64,000 nucleotides of DNA from Eledone cirrhosa (Eukaryota): assembly GCA_964016885.1 (NCBI GenBank), contig OZ024740.1, forward strand, positions 138,136,001-138,200,000, in the 5' to 3' direction. Shown here piece by piece: positions 44,801-58,599 of the stretch; the first letter of the stretch is position 1; each line of letters starts with the position of its first letter. The position numbers were made by a program, and so were the translations under genes. Below the pieces are notes generated by a model. That model was not told where the DNA came from, searched no databases, and worked only from the letters and a program-made list of their open reading frames with translations.

Positions 44801-47800
44801 ATTCTCTCTTTCTCTCATCACTTTTCTCTCAATCTCCAATTCTCTTTTTCTCTTATCACTTTTCTCTCAATCTCCAATTCTCTCTTTTTCTTATCACTTT
44901 TCTCTCAATCTCTAATTCTCTCTGTTTCTTATCACTTTTCTCTCAATCTCCATTTCTCTCTTTCTCTTATCACTTTTCTCTCAATATCCAATTCTCTCTC
45001 TCTCTTATCACTTTTCTCTCAATCTCCAATTCTCTCTTTCTCTTATCACTTTTCTCCCAATCTCCAATTCTCTCTGTTTCTTATCACTTTTCTCTCAATC
45101 TCCAATTCTCTCTTTCTCTTATCACTTTTCTCTCAATCTCCAATTCTCTCTTTCTCTTATCACTTTTCTCTCAATCTCCAATTCTCTCTCTCTCTTATCA
45201 CTTTCTCTCTCAATCTCCAATTCTCTCTTTTTCCTATCACTTTTCCCTCAATCTCCAATTCTCTCTTTCTCTTATCACTTTTCCCCCAATCTCCAATTCT
45301 CTCTGTCTCTTATCACTTTTCTCTCAATCTCCAATTCTCTCTTTCTCTTATCACTTTTCTCCCAATCTCCAATTCTCTCTGTTTCTTATAACTTTTCTCT
45401 CAATCCCCAATTCTCTCTTTCTCTTATCACTTTTCTCTCAATATCCAATTCTCTCTTTCTCTTATCACTTTTCTCTCAATCTCCAATTCTCTCTTTCTCT
45501 TATCACTTTTCTCCCAATCTCCAATTCTCTCTGTTTCTTATCACTTTTCTCTCAATCTCCAATTCTCTCTCTCTCTTATGACTTTCTCTCTCAATCTCCA
45601 ATTCTCTCTTTTTCTTATCACTTTTCCCTCAATCTCCAATTCTCTCTTTCTCTTATCACTTTTCTCTCAATCTCCAATTCTCTCATTCTCTTATCACTTT
45701 TCTCTCAATCTCCAATTCTCTCTTTCTCTTATCACTTTTCTCTCAATCTCCAATTCTCTTTTTCTCTTATCACTTTTCTCTCAATCTCCAATTCTCTCTT
45801 TCTCTTATCACTTTTCTCTCAATCTCCAATTCTCTCTTTCTCTTATCACTTTTCTCTCAATCTCCAATTCTCACTTTCTCTTTTCACTTTTCTCTCAATC
45901 TCCAATTCTCTCTTTTTCTTATCACTTTTCTCTCAATCTCTAATTCTCTCTGTTTCTTATCACTTTTCCCCCAATCTCCAATTCTCTCTTTCTCTTATCA
46001 CTTTTCTCCCAATTTCCAATTCTCTCTGTTTCTTATCACTTTTCTCTCAATCTCCAATTCTCTCTTTCTCTCATCACTTTTCTCTCAATCTCCAATTCTC
46101 TCTTTGTCTTATCACTTTTCTCTCAATCTCCAATTCTCGCTTTCTCTTATCACTTTTCTCTCAATCTCCAATTCTCTCTTTCTCTTATCACTTTTCTTTC
46201 AATCTCCAATTCTCTCTTTCTCTTATCACTTTTCTCTCAATCTCCAATTCTCTCTTTCTCTTATCACTTTTCTCTCAATCTCTAATTCTCTCTTTCTCTT
46301 ATCACTTTTCTCTCAATCTCCAATTCTCTCTTTCTCTTATCACTTTTCTCTCAATCTCCAATTCTCTCTTTCTCTTATCACTTTTCTCTCAATCTCCAAT
46401 TCTCTCTTTCTCTTATCACTTTTCTCTCAATCTCCAATCCTCTCTTTCTCTTATCACTTTTCTCTCAATGTCCAATTCTCTCTGTTTCTTATCACTTTTC
46501 TCTCAATCTCCAATTCTCTCTTACTCTTATCACTTTTCTCTCAATCTCCAATTCTCTCTTTCTCTCATCACTTTTCTCTCAATCTCCAATTCTCTCTTTC
46601 TCTTATCACTTTTATCTCAATCTCCAATTCTCTCTTTCTCTTATCACTTTTCTCTCAATCTCCAATTCTCTCTTTCTCTTATCACTTTTCTCTCAATCTC
46701 CAATTCTCTCTTTCTCTTATCACTTTTCTCTCAATCTCCAATTCTCTCTTTCTCTTATCACTTTTCTCTCAATCTCCAATTCTCTCTTTCTCTTATCACT
46801 TTTCTTTCAATCTCCAATTCTCTCTTTCTCTTATCACTTTTCTCTCAATCTCCAATTCTCTCATTCTCTTATCACTTTTCTCTCAATCTCCAATTCTCTC
46901 TTTCTCTTATCACTTTTCTCTCAATCTCCAATTCTCTCTTTCTCTTATCACTTTTCTTTCAATCTCCAATTCTCTCTTTCTCTTATCACTTTTCTCTCAA
47001 TCTCCAATTCTCTCTTTCTCTTATCACTTTTCTCTCAATCACTAATTCTCTCTTTCTCTTATCACTTTTCTCTCAATCTCCAATTCTCTCTTTCTCTTAT
47101 CACTTTTCTCTCAATCTCCAATTCTCTCTTTCTCTTATCACTTTTCTCTCAATCTCCAATTTTCTCTTTCTCTTATCACTTTTCTCTCAATCTCCAATTC
47201 TCTCTTTCTCTTATCACTTTTCTCTCAATCTCCAATTCTCCCTTTCTCTTATCACTTTTCTCTCAATCTCCAATTCTCTCTTTTTCTTATCACTTTTCTC
47301 TCAATGTCTAATTCTCTCTGTTTCTTATCACTTTTCTCTCAATCTCATATTCTCTCTTTCTCTTATTACTTTTCTCTCAATCTCCAATTCTCTCTTTCTC
47401 ATATCACTTTTCTCTCAATCCCCGATTTTCTCTTTCTCTTATCACATTTCTCTCAATCTCCACTTCTCCCTTTCTTTTATCACTTTTCTCTCAACCTCCA
47501 ATTCTCTCTTTCTCTTATCACTTTTCTCTCAATCACCAATTCTCTCTGTCTCTTATCACTTTTCTCTCAATCACCAATTCTCTCTGTTTCTTATCACTTT
47601 TCTCTCAATCTCCAATTCTCTCTTTCTCTTATCACTTTTCTCTCAATCTCCAATTCTCTCTTTCTCTTATCACTTTTCCCTCAATCTCCAATTCTCTCTT
47701 TCTCTTATCACTTTTCTCTCAATCTCCAATTCTCTCTTTCTCTTATGACTTTTCTCTCAATCACCAATTCTCTCTGTCTCTGATCACTTTTCACTCAATC

Positions 47801-48110
47801 TCCAATTCTCTCTTTCTCTTATCACTTTTCTCTCAATCTCCAATTCTCTCTTTCTCTTATCACTTTTCTCTCAATATCCAATTCTCTCTTTCTCTTATCA
47901 CTTTTCTCTCAATCACCAATTCTCTCTGTCTCTTATCACTTTTCTCTCAATCACCAATTCTCTCTGTTTCTTATCACTTTTCTCTCAATCTCCAATTCTC
48001 TCTTTCTCTTATCACTTTTCTCTCAATCTCCAATTCTCTCTTTCTCTTATCACTTTTCCCTCAATCTCCAATTCTCTCTTTCTCTTATCACTTTTCTCTC
48101 AATCTCCAAT
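29900..48110 (+). repeat. Tandem triplication of a ~5.7-6.4 kb higher-order unit (~29900-35600, ~35600-41760, ~41760-48110)
   Basis: Near-identical ORF translations start at 30767/36887/43273, 31414/37534/43920, 33072/39192/45578 and 34760/40917/47304. Shared rare variants include CTCACTTTCTCTTTTCAC, CTTTGTCTT, CTCGCTTT, CACTTTCCTC and AATCACCACTT. Confidence 0.94.
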
Positions 48111-50619
48111 TCTCTCTTTCTCTTATGACTTTTCTCTCAATCACCAATTCTCTCTGTCTCTGATCACTTTTCACTCAATCTCCAATTCTCTCTTTCTCTT
48201 ATCACTTTTCTCTCAATCTCCAATTCTCTCTTTCTCTTATCACTTTTCTCTCAATATCCAATTCTCTCTTTCTCTTATCACTTTTCTCTCAATCTCCAAT
48301 CCTCTCTTTCTCTTATCACTTTTCTCTCAATGTCCAATTCTCTCTTTCTCTTATCACTTTTCTCTCAATCTCCAATTCTCTCTTTCTCTTATCACTTTTC
48401 TCTCAATCTCCAATTCTCCCTTTCTCTTATCACTTTTCTCTCAATCTCCAATTCTCTCTTTTTCTTATCACTTTTCTCTCAATCTCTAATTCGCTCTGTT
48501 TCTCATCACTTTTCCCCCAATCTCCAATTCTCTCTTTCTCTTATCACTTTTCTCTCAATCTCCAATTCTCTCTTTCTCTTATCACTTTTCTCCCAATCTC
48601 TAATTCTCTCTGTTTCTTATCACTTTTCTCTCAATATCCAATTCTCTCTCTCTCTTATCACTTTTCTCTCAATCTCCAATTCTCTCTTTCTCTTATCACT
48701 TTTCTCTCAATCTCCAATTCTCTCTTTCTCTTATCACTTTTCTCTCAATATCCAATTCTCTCTCTCTCTTATCACTTTTCTCTCAATCTCCAATTCTCTC
48801 TTTCTCTTATCACTTTTCTCCCAATCTCCAATTCTATCTGTTTCTTATCACTTTTCTCTCAATCTCCAATTCTCTCTTTCTCTTATCACTTTTCTCTCAA
48901 TCTCCAATTCTCTCTTTCTCTTATCACTTTTCTCTCAATCTCCAATTCTCTCTTTCTCTTATCACTTTTCTCTCAATCTCCAATTCTCTCTCTCTCTTAT
49001 CACTTTCTCTCTCAATCTCCAATTCTCTCTTTTTCCTATCACTTTTCCCTCAATCTCCAATTCTCTCTTTCTCTTATCACTTTTCCCCCAATCTCCAATT
49101 CTCTCTTTCTCTTATCACTTTTCTCTCAATCTCCAATTCTCTCTTTCTCTTATCACTTTTCTCCCAATCTCCAATTCTCTCCGTTTCTTATCACTTTTCT
49201 CTCAATCCCCAATTCTCTCTTTCTCTTCTCACTTTTCTCTCAATATCCAATTCTCTCTTTCTCTTATCACTTTTCTCTCAATCTCCAATTCTCTCTTTCT
49301 CTTATCACTTTTTTCCCAATCTCCAATTCTCTCTGTTTCTTATCACTTTTCTCTCAATCTCCAATTCTCTCTTTCTCTTATCACTTTTCTCTCAATCTCC
49401 AATTCGCTCTTTCTCTTATCACTTTTCTCTCAATCTCCAATTCTCTCTTTCTCTTATCACTTTTCTCTCAATCTCCAATTCTCTCTCTCTCTTATCACTT
49501 TCTCTCTCAATCTCCAATTCTCTCTTTTTCTTATCACTTTTCCCTCAATCTCCAATTCTCTCTTTCTCTTATCACTTTTCTCTCAATCTCCAATTCTCTC
49601 TTTCTCTTATCACTTTTCTCTCAATCTCCAATTCTCTCTTTCTCTTATCACTTTTCTCTCAATCTCCAATCCTCTCTTTCTCTTATCACTTTTCTCTCAA
49701 TGTCCAATTCTCTCTGTTTCTTATCACTTTTCTCTCAATCTCCAATTCTCTCTTTCTCTTATCACTTTTCTCTCAATCTCCAATTCTCTCTTTCTCTTAT
49801 CACTTTTCTCTCAATCTCCAATTCTCTCTTTCTCTTATCACTTTTCTCTCAATCTCCAATTCTCTCTCTCTCTTATCACTTTCTCTCTCAATCTCCAATT
49901 CTCTCTTTCTCGTATCACTTTTCTCTCAATATCCAATTCTCTCTCTCTCTTATCACTTTTCTCTCAATCTCCAATTCTCTCTTTCTCTTATCACTTTTCT
50001 CCCAATCTCCAATTCTCTCTGTTTCTTATCACTTTTCTCTCAATCTCCAATTCTCTCTTTCTCTTATCACTTTTCTCTCAATCTCCAATTCTCTCTTTCT
50101 CTTATCACTTTTCTCTCAATCTCCAATTCTCTCTCTCTCTTATCACTTTCTCTCTCAATCTCCAATTCTCTCTTTCTCTTATCACTTTTCTCTCAATATC
50201 CAATTCTCTCTCTCTCTTATCACTTTTCTCCCAATCTCCAATTCTCTCTGTTTCTTAATACTTTTCTCTCAATCTCCAATTCTCTCTTTCTCTTATCACT
50301 TTTCTCTCAATCTCCAATTCTCTCTTTCTCTTATCACTTTTCTCTCAATCTCCAATTCTGTCTTTCTCTTATCACTCTTCTCTCAATCTCCAATTCTCTC
50401 TTTCTCTAATCACTTTTCTCTCAATCTCCAATTCTCTCTTTCTCTTCTCACTTTTCCCCCAATCTCCAATTCTCTCTTTCTCTTATCACTTTTCTCTCAA
50501 TCTCCAATTCTCTCTTTCTCTTATCACTTTTCTCTCAATCTCCAATTCTCTCTTTCTCTTATCACTTTTCTCTCAATCTCCAATTCTCTCTTTCTCTTAT
50601 CACTTTTCCCCCAATCTCC

Positions 50620-51440
50620 AATTCTCTCTTTCTCTCATCACTTTTCTCTCAATCTCCAATTCTCTCTTTGTCTTATCACTTTTCTCTCAATCTCCAATTC
50701 TCGCTTTCTCTTATCACTTTTCTCTCAATCTCCAATTCTCTCTTTCTCTTATCACTTTTCTTTCAATCTCCAATTCTCTCTTTCTCTTATCACTTTTCTC
50801 TCAATCTCCAATTCTCTCTTTCTCTTATCACTTTTCTCTCAATCTCTAATTCTCTCTTTCTCTTATCACTTTTCTCTCAATCTCCAATTCTCTCTTTCTC
50901 TTATCACTTTTCTCTCAATCTCCAATTCTCTCTTTCTCTTATCACTTTTCTCTCAATCTCCAATTCTCTCTTTCTCTTATCACTTTTCTCTCAATCTCCA
51001 ATCCTCTCTTTCTCTTATCACTTTTCTCTCAATGTCCAATTCTCTCTGTTTCTTATCACTTTTCTCTCAATCTCCAATTCTCTCTTACTCTTATCACTTT
51101 TCTCTCAATCTCCAATTCTCTCTTTCTCTCATCACTTTTCTCTCAATCTCCAATTCTCTCTTTCTCTTATCACTTTTATCTCAATCTCCAATTCTCTCTT
51201 TCTCTTATCACTTTTCTCTCAATCTCCAATTCTCTCTTTCTCTTATCACTTTTCTCTCAATCTCCAATTCTCTCTTTCTCTTATCACTTTTCTCTCAATC
51301 TCCAATTCTCTCTTTCTCTTATCACTTTTCTCTCAATCTCCAATTCTCTCTTTCTCTTATCACTTTTCTTTCAATCTCCAATTCTCTCTTTCTCTTATCA
51401 CTTTTCTCTCAATCTCCAATTCTCTCATTCTCTTATCACT
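50620..51440 (+). repeat. Dispersed partial copy (~0.8 kb) of an internal segment of the triplicated unit
   Basis: The variant series CTTTGTCTT (50670), CTCGCTTT, TCTTTCAAT, AATGTCC, TTACTC, TTTTATCTC, CTCATTCTC occurs in the same order as at ~33560-34330, ~39680-40490 and ~46070-46880. Confidence 0.85.
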
Positions 51441-53479
51441 TTTCTCTCAATCTCTAATTCTCTCTTTCTCTTATCACTTTTCTCTCAATCTCCAATTCTC
51501 TCTTTCTCTTATCACTTTTCTCTCAATCTCCAATTCTCTCTTTCTCTTATCACTTTTCTCTCAATCTCCAATTCTCTTTTTCTCTTATCACTTTTCTCTC
51601 AATCTCCAATTCTCCCTTTCTCTTATCACTTTTCTCTCAATCTCCAATTCTCTTTTTCTCTTATCACTTTTCTCTCAATCTCCAATTCTCTCTTTCTCTT
51701 ATCACTTTTCTCTCAATCTCCAATTCTCTCTCTCTCTTATCACTTTTCTCTCAATCTCCAATTCTCCCTTTCTCTTATCACTTTTCTCTCAATCTCCAAT
51801 TCTCTCTTTCTCTTATCACTTTTCTCTCAATCTCCAATTCTCCCTTTCTCTTATCACTTTTCTCTCAATCTCCAATTCTCTCTTTTTCTTATCACTTTTC
51901 TCTCAATCTCCAATTCTCTCTTTCTCTTATCACTTTTCTCTCAATCTCCAATTCTCTCTTTCTCTTATCACTTTTCTCTCAATCTCCAATTCTCTCTCTC
52001 TCTTATCACTTTCTCTCTCAATCTCCAATTCTCTCTTTTTCCTATCACTTTTCCCTCAATCTCCAATTCTCTCTTTCTCTTATCACTTTTCTCTCAATCT
52101 CCAATTCTCTCTTTCTCTTATCACTTTTCTCTCAATCTCCAATTCTCTCTCTCTCTTATCACTTTCTCTCTCAATCTCCAATTCTCTCTTTTTCCTATCA
52201 CTTTTCCCTCAATCCCCAATACTCTCTTTCTCTTATCACTTTTCTCTCAATATACAATTCCCTCTTTCTCTTATCACTTTTCTCTCAATCTCCAATTCTC
52301 TCTTTCTCTTATCACTTTTCTCCCAATCTCCAATTCTCTCTGTTTCTTATCACTTTTCTCTCAATCTCCAATTCTCTCTTTCTCTTATCACTTTTCTCTC
52401 AATCTCCAATTCTCTCTTTCTCTTATCACTTTTCTCTCAATCTCCAATTCTCTCTCTCTCTTATCACTTTCTCTCTCAATCTCCAATTCTCTCTTTTTCT
52501 TATCACTTTTCCCTCAATCTCCAATTCTCTCTTTCTCTTATCACTTTTCTCTCAATCTCCAATTCTCTCTTTCTCTTATCACTTTTCTCTCAATCTCCAA
52601 TTCTCTCTTTCTCTTATCACTTTTCTCTCAATCTACAATCCTCTCTTTCTCTTATCACTTTTCTCTCAATCTCCAATTCTCTCTGTTTCTTATCACTTTT
52701 CTCTCAATCTCCAATTCTCTTGTTCTCTTATCAGTTTTCTCTCAATCTCCAATTCTCTCTTTCTCTTATCACTTTTCCCTCAATCTCCAATTCTCTCTTT
52801 CTCTTATCACTTTTCTCTCAATCTCCAATTCTCTCTTTCTCTTATGACTTTTTTCTCAATCACCAATTCTCTCTGTCTCTGATCACTTTTCACTCAATCT
52901 CCAATTCTCTCTTTCTCTTATCACTTTTCTCTCAATCTCCAATTCTCTCTTACTCTTATCACTTTTCTCTCAATCTCCAATTCTCTCTTTCTCTCATCAC
53001 TTTTCTCTCAATCTTCAATTCTCTTTTTCTCTTATCACTTTTCTCTCAATCTCCAATTCTCTCTTTCTCTTATCACTTTTCTCTCAATCTCCAATCCTCT
53101 CTTTCTCTTATCACTTTTCTCTCAATGTCCAATTCTCTCTGTTTCTTATCACTTTTCTCTCAATCTCCAATTCTCTCTTTCTCTTATCACTTTTCTCTCA
53201 ATCTCCAATTCTCTTTTTCTCTTATCACTTTTCTCTCAATCTCCAATTCTCTCTATCTCTTATCACTTTTCTCTCAATCTCCAATTCTCTCTTTCTCTTA
53301 TCACTTTTCTCTCAATCTCCAATTCTCCCTTTCTCTTATCACTTTTCTCACAATCTCCAATTCTCTCTTTTTCTTATCACTTTTGTCTCAATCTCTAATT
53401 CTCTCTGTTTCTTATCACTTTTCCCCCAATCTCCAATTCTCTCTTTCTCTTATCACTTTTCTCTCAATCTCCAATTCTC

Positions 53480-56400
53480 TCTTTCTCTTATCACTTTTCT
53501 CTCAATCTCCAATTCTCTCTTTCTCTAATCACTTTTCTCTCAATCTCCAATTCTCTCTTTCTCTTATCACTTTTCTCTCAATCTCCAATTCTCTCTTTCT
53601 CTTATCACTTTTCTCTCAATCTCCAATTCTCTCTTTCTCTTATCACTTTTCTCACAATCTCCAATTCTCTCTTTCTCTTATCACTTTTCTCTCAAGCTCC
53701 AATTCTCTCTTTTTCTTATCACTTTTCTCTCAATCTCCAATTCTCTCTTTCTCTTAACACTTTTCTCTCAACCTCCCATTCTCTCTTTCTCTTATGACTT
53801 TTCTCTCAATCACCAATTCTCTCTGTCTCTTATCACTTTTCTCTCAATCACCAATTCTCTCTGTCTCTTATCACTTTTCTCTCAATCTCCAATTCTCTCT
53901 TTCTCTTATCACTTTTCTCTCAATCTCCATTCTCTCTTTCTCTTATCACTTTTCTCCCAATCTCCAATTCTCTCTGTTTCTTATCACTTTTCTCTCAATC
54001 CCCAATTCTCTCTTTCTCTTATCACTTTTCTCTCAATATCCAATTCTCTCTTTCTCTTATCACTTTTCTCTCAATCTCCAATTCTCTCTTTCTCTTATCA
54101 CTTTTCTCCCAATCTCCAATTCTCTCTGTTTCTTATCACTTTTCTCTCAATCTCCAATTCTCTCTCTCTCTTATCACTTTTCTCTCAATCTCCAATTCTC
54201 TCTTTCTCTTATCACTTTTCTCCCAATCTCCAATTCTCTCTGTTTCTTATCACTTTTCTCTCAATCCCCAATTCTCTCTTTCTCTTATCACTTTTCTCTC
54301 AATATCCAATTCTGTCTTTCTCTTATCACTTTTCTCTCAATCTCCAATTCTCTCTTTCTCTTATCACTTTTCTCCCAATCTCCAATTCTCTCTGTTTCTT
54401 ATCACTTTTCTCTCAATCTACAATTCTCTCTCTCTCTTATCACTTTCTCTCTCAATCTCCAATTCTCTCTTTCTCTTATCACTTTTCTCCCAATCTCCAA
54501 TTCTCTCTGTTTCTTATCACTTTTCTCTCAATCCCCAATTCTCTCTTTCTCTTATCACTTTTCTCTCAATATCCAATTCTCTCTTTCTCTTATCACTTTT
54601 CTCTCAATCTCCAATTCTCTCTTTCTCTTATCACTTTTCTCCCAATCTCCAATTCTCTCTGTTTCTTATCACTTTTCTCTCAATCTCCAATTCTCTCTCT
54701 CTCTTATCACTTTCTCTCTCAATCTCCAATTCTCTCTTTTTCTTAACACTTTTCCCTCAATCTCCAATTCTCTCTTTCTCTTATCACTTTTCTCTCAATC
54801 TCCAATTCTCTCTTTCTCTTATCACTTTTCTCTCAATCTCCAATTCTCTCTTTCTCTTATCACTTTTCTCCCAATCTCCAATTCTCTCTGTTTCTTATCA
54901 CTTTTCTCTCAATCTCCAATTCTCTCTCTCTCTTATCACTTTCTCTCTCAATCTCCAATTCTCTCTTTTTCTTATCACTTTTCCCTCAATCTCCAATTCT
55001 CTCTTTCTCTTATCACTTTTCTCTCAATCTCCAATTCTCTCTTTCTCTTATCACTTTTCTCTCAATCTTCAATTCTCTCTTTCTCTTATCACTTTTTTCT
55101 CAATCTCCAATTCTCTCTCTCTCTTATCACTTTCTCTCTCAATCTCCAATTCTCTCTTTTTCCTATCACTTTTCCCTCAATCTCCAATTCTCTCTTTCTC
55201 TTATCACTTTTCCCCCAATCTCCAATTCTCTCTTTCTCTTATCACTTTTCTCTCAATCTCCAATTCTCTCTTTCTCTTATCACTTTTCTCCCAATCTCCA
55301 ATTCTCTCTTTCTCTTATCACTTTTCTCTCAATCTCCAATTCTCTCTTTCTCTTATCACTTTTCTCTCAATCTCCAATTCTCTCTTTCTCTTATCACTTT
55401 TCTCTCAATCTCCAATTCTCTCTTTCTCTTATCACTTTTCTCTCAATCTCCAATTCTCTCTTTCTCTTATCACTTTTCTCTCAATCTCCAATTCTCTCTT
55501 TCTCTTATCACTTTTCTCTCAATCTCCAATTCTCTCTTTCTCTAATCACTTTTCTCTCAATCTCCAATTCTCTCTTTCTCTTATCACTTTTCTCTCAATC
55601 TCCAATTCTCTCTTTCTCTTATCACTTTTCTCTCAATCTCCAATTCTCTCTTTCTCTTATCACTTTTCTCACAATCTCCAATTCTCTCTTTCTCTTATCA
55701 CTTTTCTCTCAAGCTCCAATTCTCTCTTTTTCTTATCACTTTTCTCTCAATCTCCAATTCTCTCTTTCTCTTAACACTTTTCTCTCAACCTCCCATTCTC
55801 TCTTTCTCTTATGACTTTTCTCTCAATCACCAATTCTCTCTGTCTCTTATCACTTTTCTCTCAATCACCAATTCTCTCTGTCTCTTATCACTTTTCTCTC
55901 AATCTCCAATTCTCTCTTTCTCTTATCACTTTTCTCTCAATCTCCATTCTCTCTTTCTCTTATCACTTTTCTCCCAATCTCCAATTCTCTCTGTTTCTTA
56001 TCACTTTTCTCTCAATCCCCAATTCTCTCTTTCTCTTATCACTTTTCTCTCAATATCCAATTCTCTCTTTCTCTTATCACTTTTCTCTCAATCTCCAATT
56101 CTCTCTTTCTCTTATCACTTTTCTCCCAATCTCCAATTCTCTCTGTTTCTTATCACTTTTCTCTCAATCTCCAATTCTCTCTCTCTCTTATCACTTTTCT
56201 CTCAATCTCCAATTCTCTCTTTCTCTTATCACTTTTCTCCCAATCTCCAATTCTCTCTGTTTCTTATCACTTTTCTCTCAATCCCCAATTCTCTCTTTCT
56301 CTTATCACTTTTCTCTCAATATCCAATTCTCTCTTTCTCTTATCACTTTTCTCTCAATCTCCAATTCTCTCTTTCTCTTATCACTTTTCTCCCAATCTCC

Positions 56401-57520
56401 AATTCTCTCTGTTTCTTATCACTTTTCTCTCAATCTACAATTCTCTCTCTCTCTTATCACTTTCTCTCTCAATCTCCAATTCTCTCTTTCTCTTATCACT
56501 TTTCTCCCAATCTCCAATTCTCTCTGTTTCTTATCACTTTTCTCTCAATCCCCAATTCTCTCTTTCTCTTATCACTTTTCTCTCAATATCCAATTCTCTC
56601 TTTCTCTTATCACTTTTCTCTCAATCTCCAATTCTCTCTTTCTCTTATCACTTTTCTCCCAATCTCCAATTCTCTCTGTTTCTTATCACTTTTCTCTCAA
56701 TCTCCAATTCTCTCTCTCTCTTATCACTTTCTCTCTCAATCTCCAATTCTCTCTTTTTCTTAACACTTTTCCCTCAATCTCCAATTCTCTCTTTCTCTTA
56801 TCACTTTTCTCTCAATCTCCAATTCTCTCTTTCTCTTATCACTTTTCTCTCAATCTCCAATTCTCTCTTTCTCTTATCACTTTTCTCCCAATCTCCAATT
56901 CTCTCTGTTTCTTATCACTTTTCTCTCAATCTCCAATTCTCTCTCTCTCTTATCACTTTCTCTCTCAATCTCCAATTCTCTCTTTTTCTTATCACTTTTC
57001 CCTCAATCTCCAATTCTCTCTTTCTCTTATCACTTTTCTCTCAATCTCCAATTCTCTCTTTCTCTTATCACTTTTCTCTCAATCTTCAATTCTCTCTTTC
57101 TCTTATCACTTTTTTCTCAATCTCCAATTCTCTCTCTCTCTTATCACTTTCTCTCTCAATCTCCAATTCTCTCTTTTTCCTATCACTTTTCCCTCAATCT
57201 CCAATTCTCTCTTTCTCTTATCACTTTTCCCCCAATCTCCAATTCTCTCTTTCTCTTATCACTTTTCTCTCAATCTCCAATTCTCTCTTTCTCTTATCAC
57301 TTTTCTCCCAATCTCCAATTCTCTCTTTCTCTTATCACTTTTCTCTCAATCTCCAATTCTCTCTTTCTCTTATCACTTTTCTCTCAATCTCCAATTCTCT
57401 CTTTCTCTTATCACTTTTCTCTCAATCTCCAATTCTCTCTTTCTCTTATCACTTTTCTCTCAATCTCCAATTCTCTCTTTCTCTTATCACTTTTCTCTCA
57501 ATCTCCAATTCTCTCTTTCT
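53480..57520 (+). repeat. Near-perfect tandem duplication of a 2017-bp unit
   Basis: CAAGCTCC has its G at 53696 and 55713. Both copies share a 37-bp monomer (AATCTCCATT), AATCTACAA, TTAACAC and AATCTTCAA. ORFs 53794 and 55811 are nearly identical. Confidence 0.93.
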
Positions 57521-58599
57521 CTTATCACTTTTCTCTCAATCTCCAATTCTCTCTCTCTCTTATCACTTTCTCTCTCAATCTCCAATTCTCTCTTTTTCTT
57601 ATCACTTTTCCCTCAATCTCCAATTCTCTCTTTCTCTTATCACTTTTCTCTCAATCTCCAATTCTCTCTTTCTCTTATCACTTTTTTCTCAATCTCCAAT
57701 TCTCTCTGTCTCTGATCACTTTTCACTCAATCTCCAATTCTCTCTTTCTCTTATCACTTTTCTCTCAATCTCCAATTCTCTCTTACTCTTATCACTTTTC
57801 TCTCAATCTCCAATTCTCTCTTTCTCTCATCACTTTTCTCTCAATCTCCAATTCTCTTTTTCTCTTATCACTTTTCTCTCAATCTCCAATTCTCTCTTTC
57901 TCTTATCACTTTTCTCTCAATCTCCAATCCTCTCTTTCTCTTATCACTTTTCTCTCAATGTCCAATTCTCTCTGTTTCTTATCACTTTTCTCTCAATCTC
58001 CAATTCTCTCTTTCTCTTATCACTTTTCTCTCAATCTCCAATTCTCTTTTTCTCTTATCACTTTTCTCTCAATGTCCAATTCTCTCTGTTTCTTATCACT
58101 TTTCTCTCAATCTCCAATTCTCTCTTTCTCTTATCACTTTTCTCTCAATCTCCAATTCTCTTTTTCTCTTATCATTTTTTCTCTCAATCACCAATTCTCT
58201 CTTTCTCTTATCACTTTTCTCTCAATCTCCAATTCTCTCTTTCTCTTATCACTTTTCCCTCAATCTCCAATTCTCCCTTTCTCTTATCACTTTTCTCTCA
58301 ATCTCCAATTCTCTCTTTTTCTTATCACTTTTCTCTCAATCTCTAATTCTCTCTGTTTCTTATCACTTTTCCCCCAATCTCCAATTCTCTCTTTCTCTTA
58401 TCACTTTTCTCTCAATCTCCAATTCTCTCTTTCTCTTATCACTTTTCTCCCAATCTCCAATTCTCTCTGTTTCTTATCACTTTTCTCTCAATCTCCAATT
58501 CTCTCTTTCTCTTATCACTTTTCTCTCAATCTCCAATTCTCTCTCTCTCTTATCACTTTTCTCTCAATCTCCAATTCTCTCTTTCTCTTATCACTTTTC

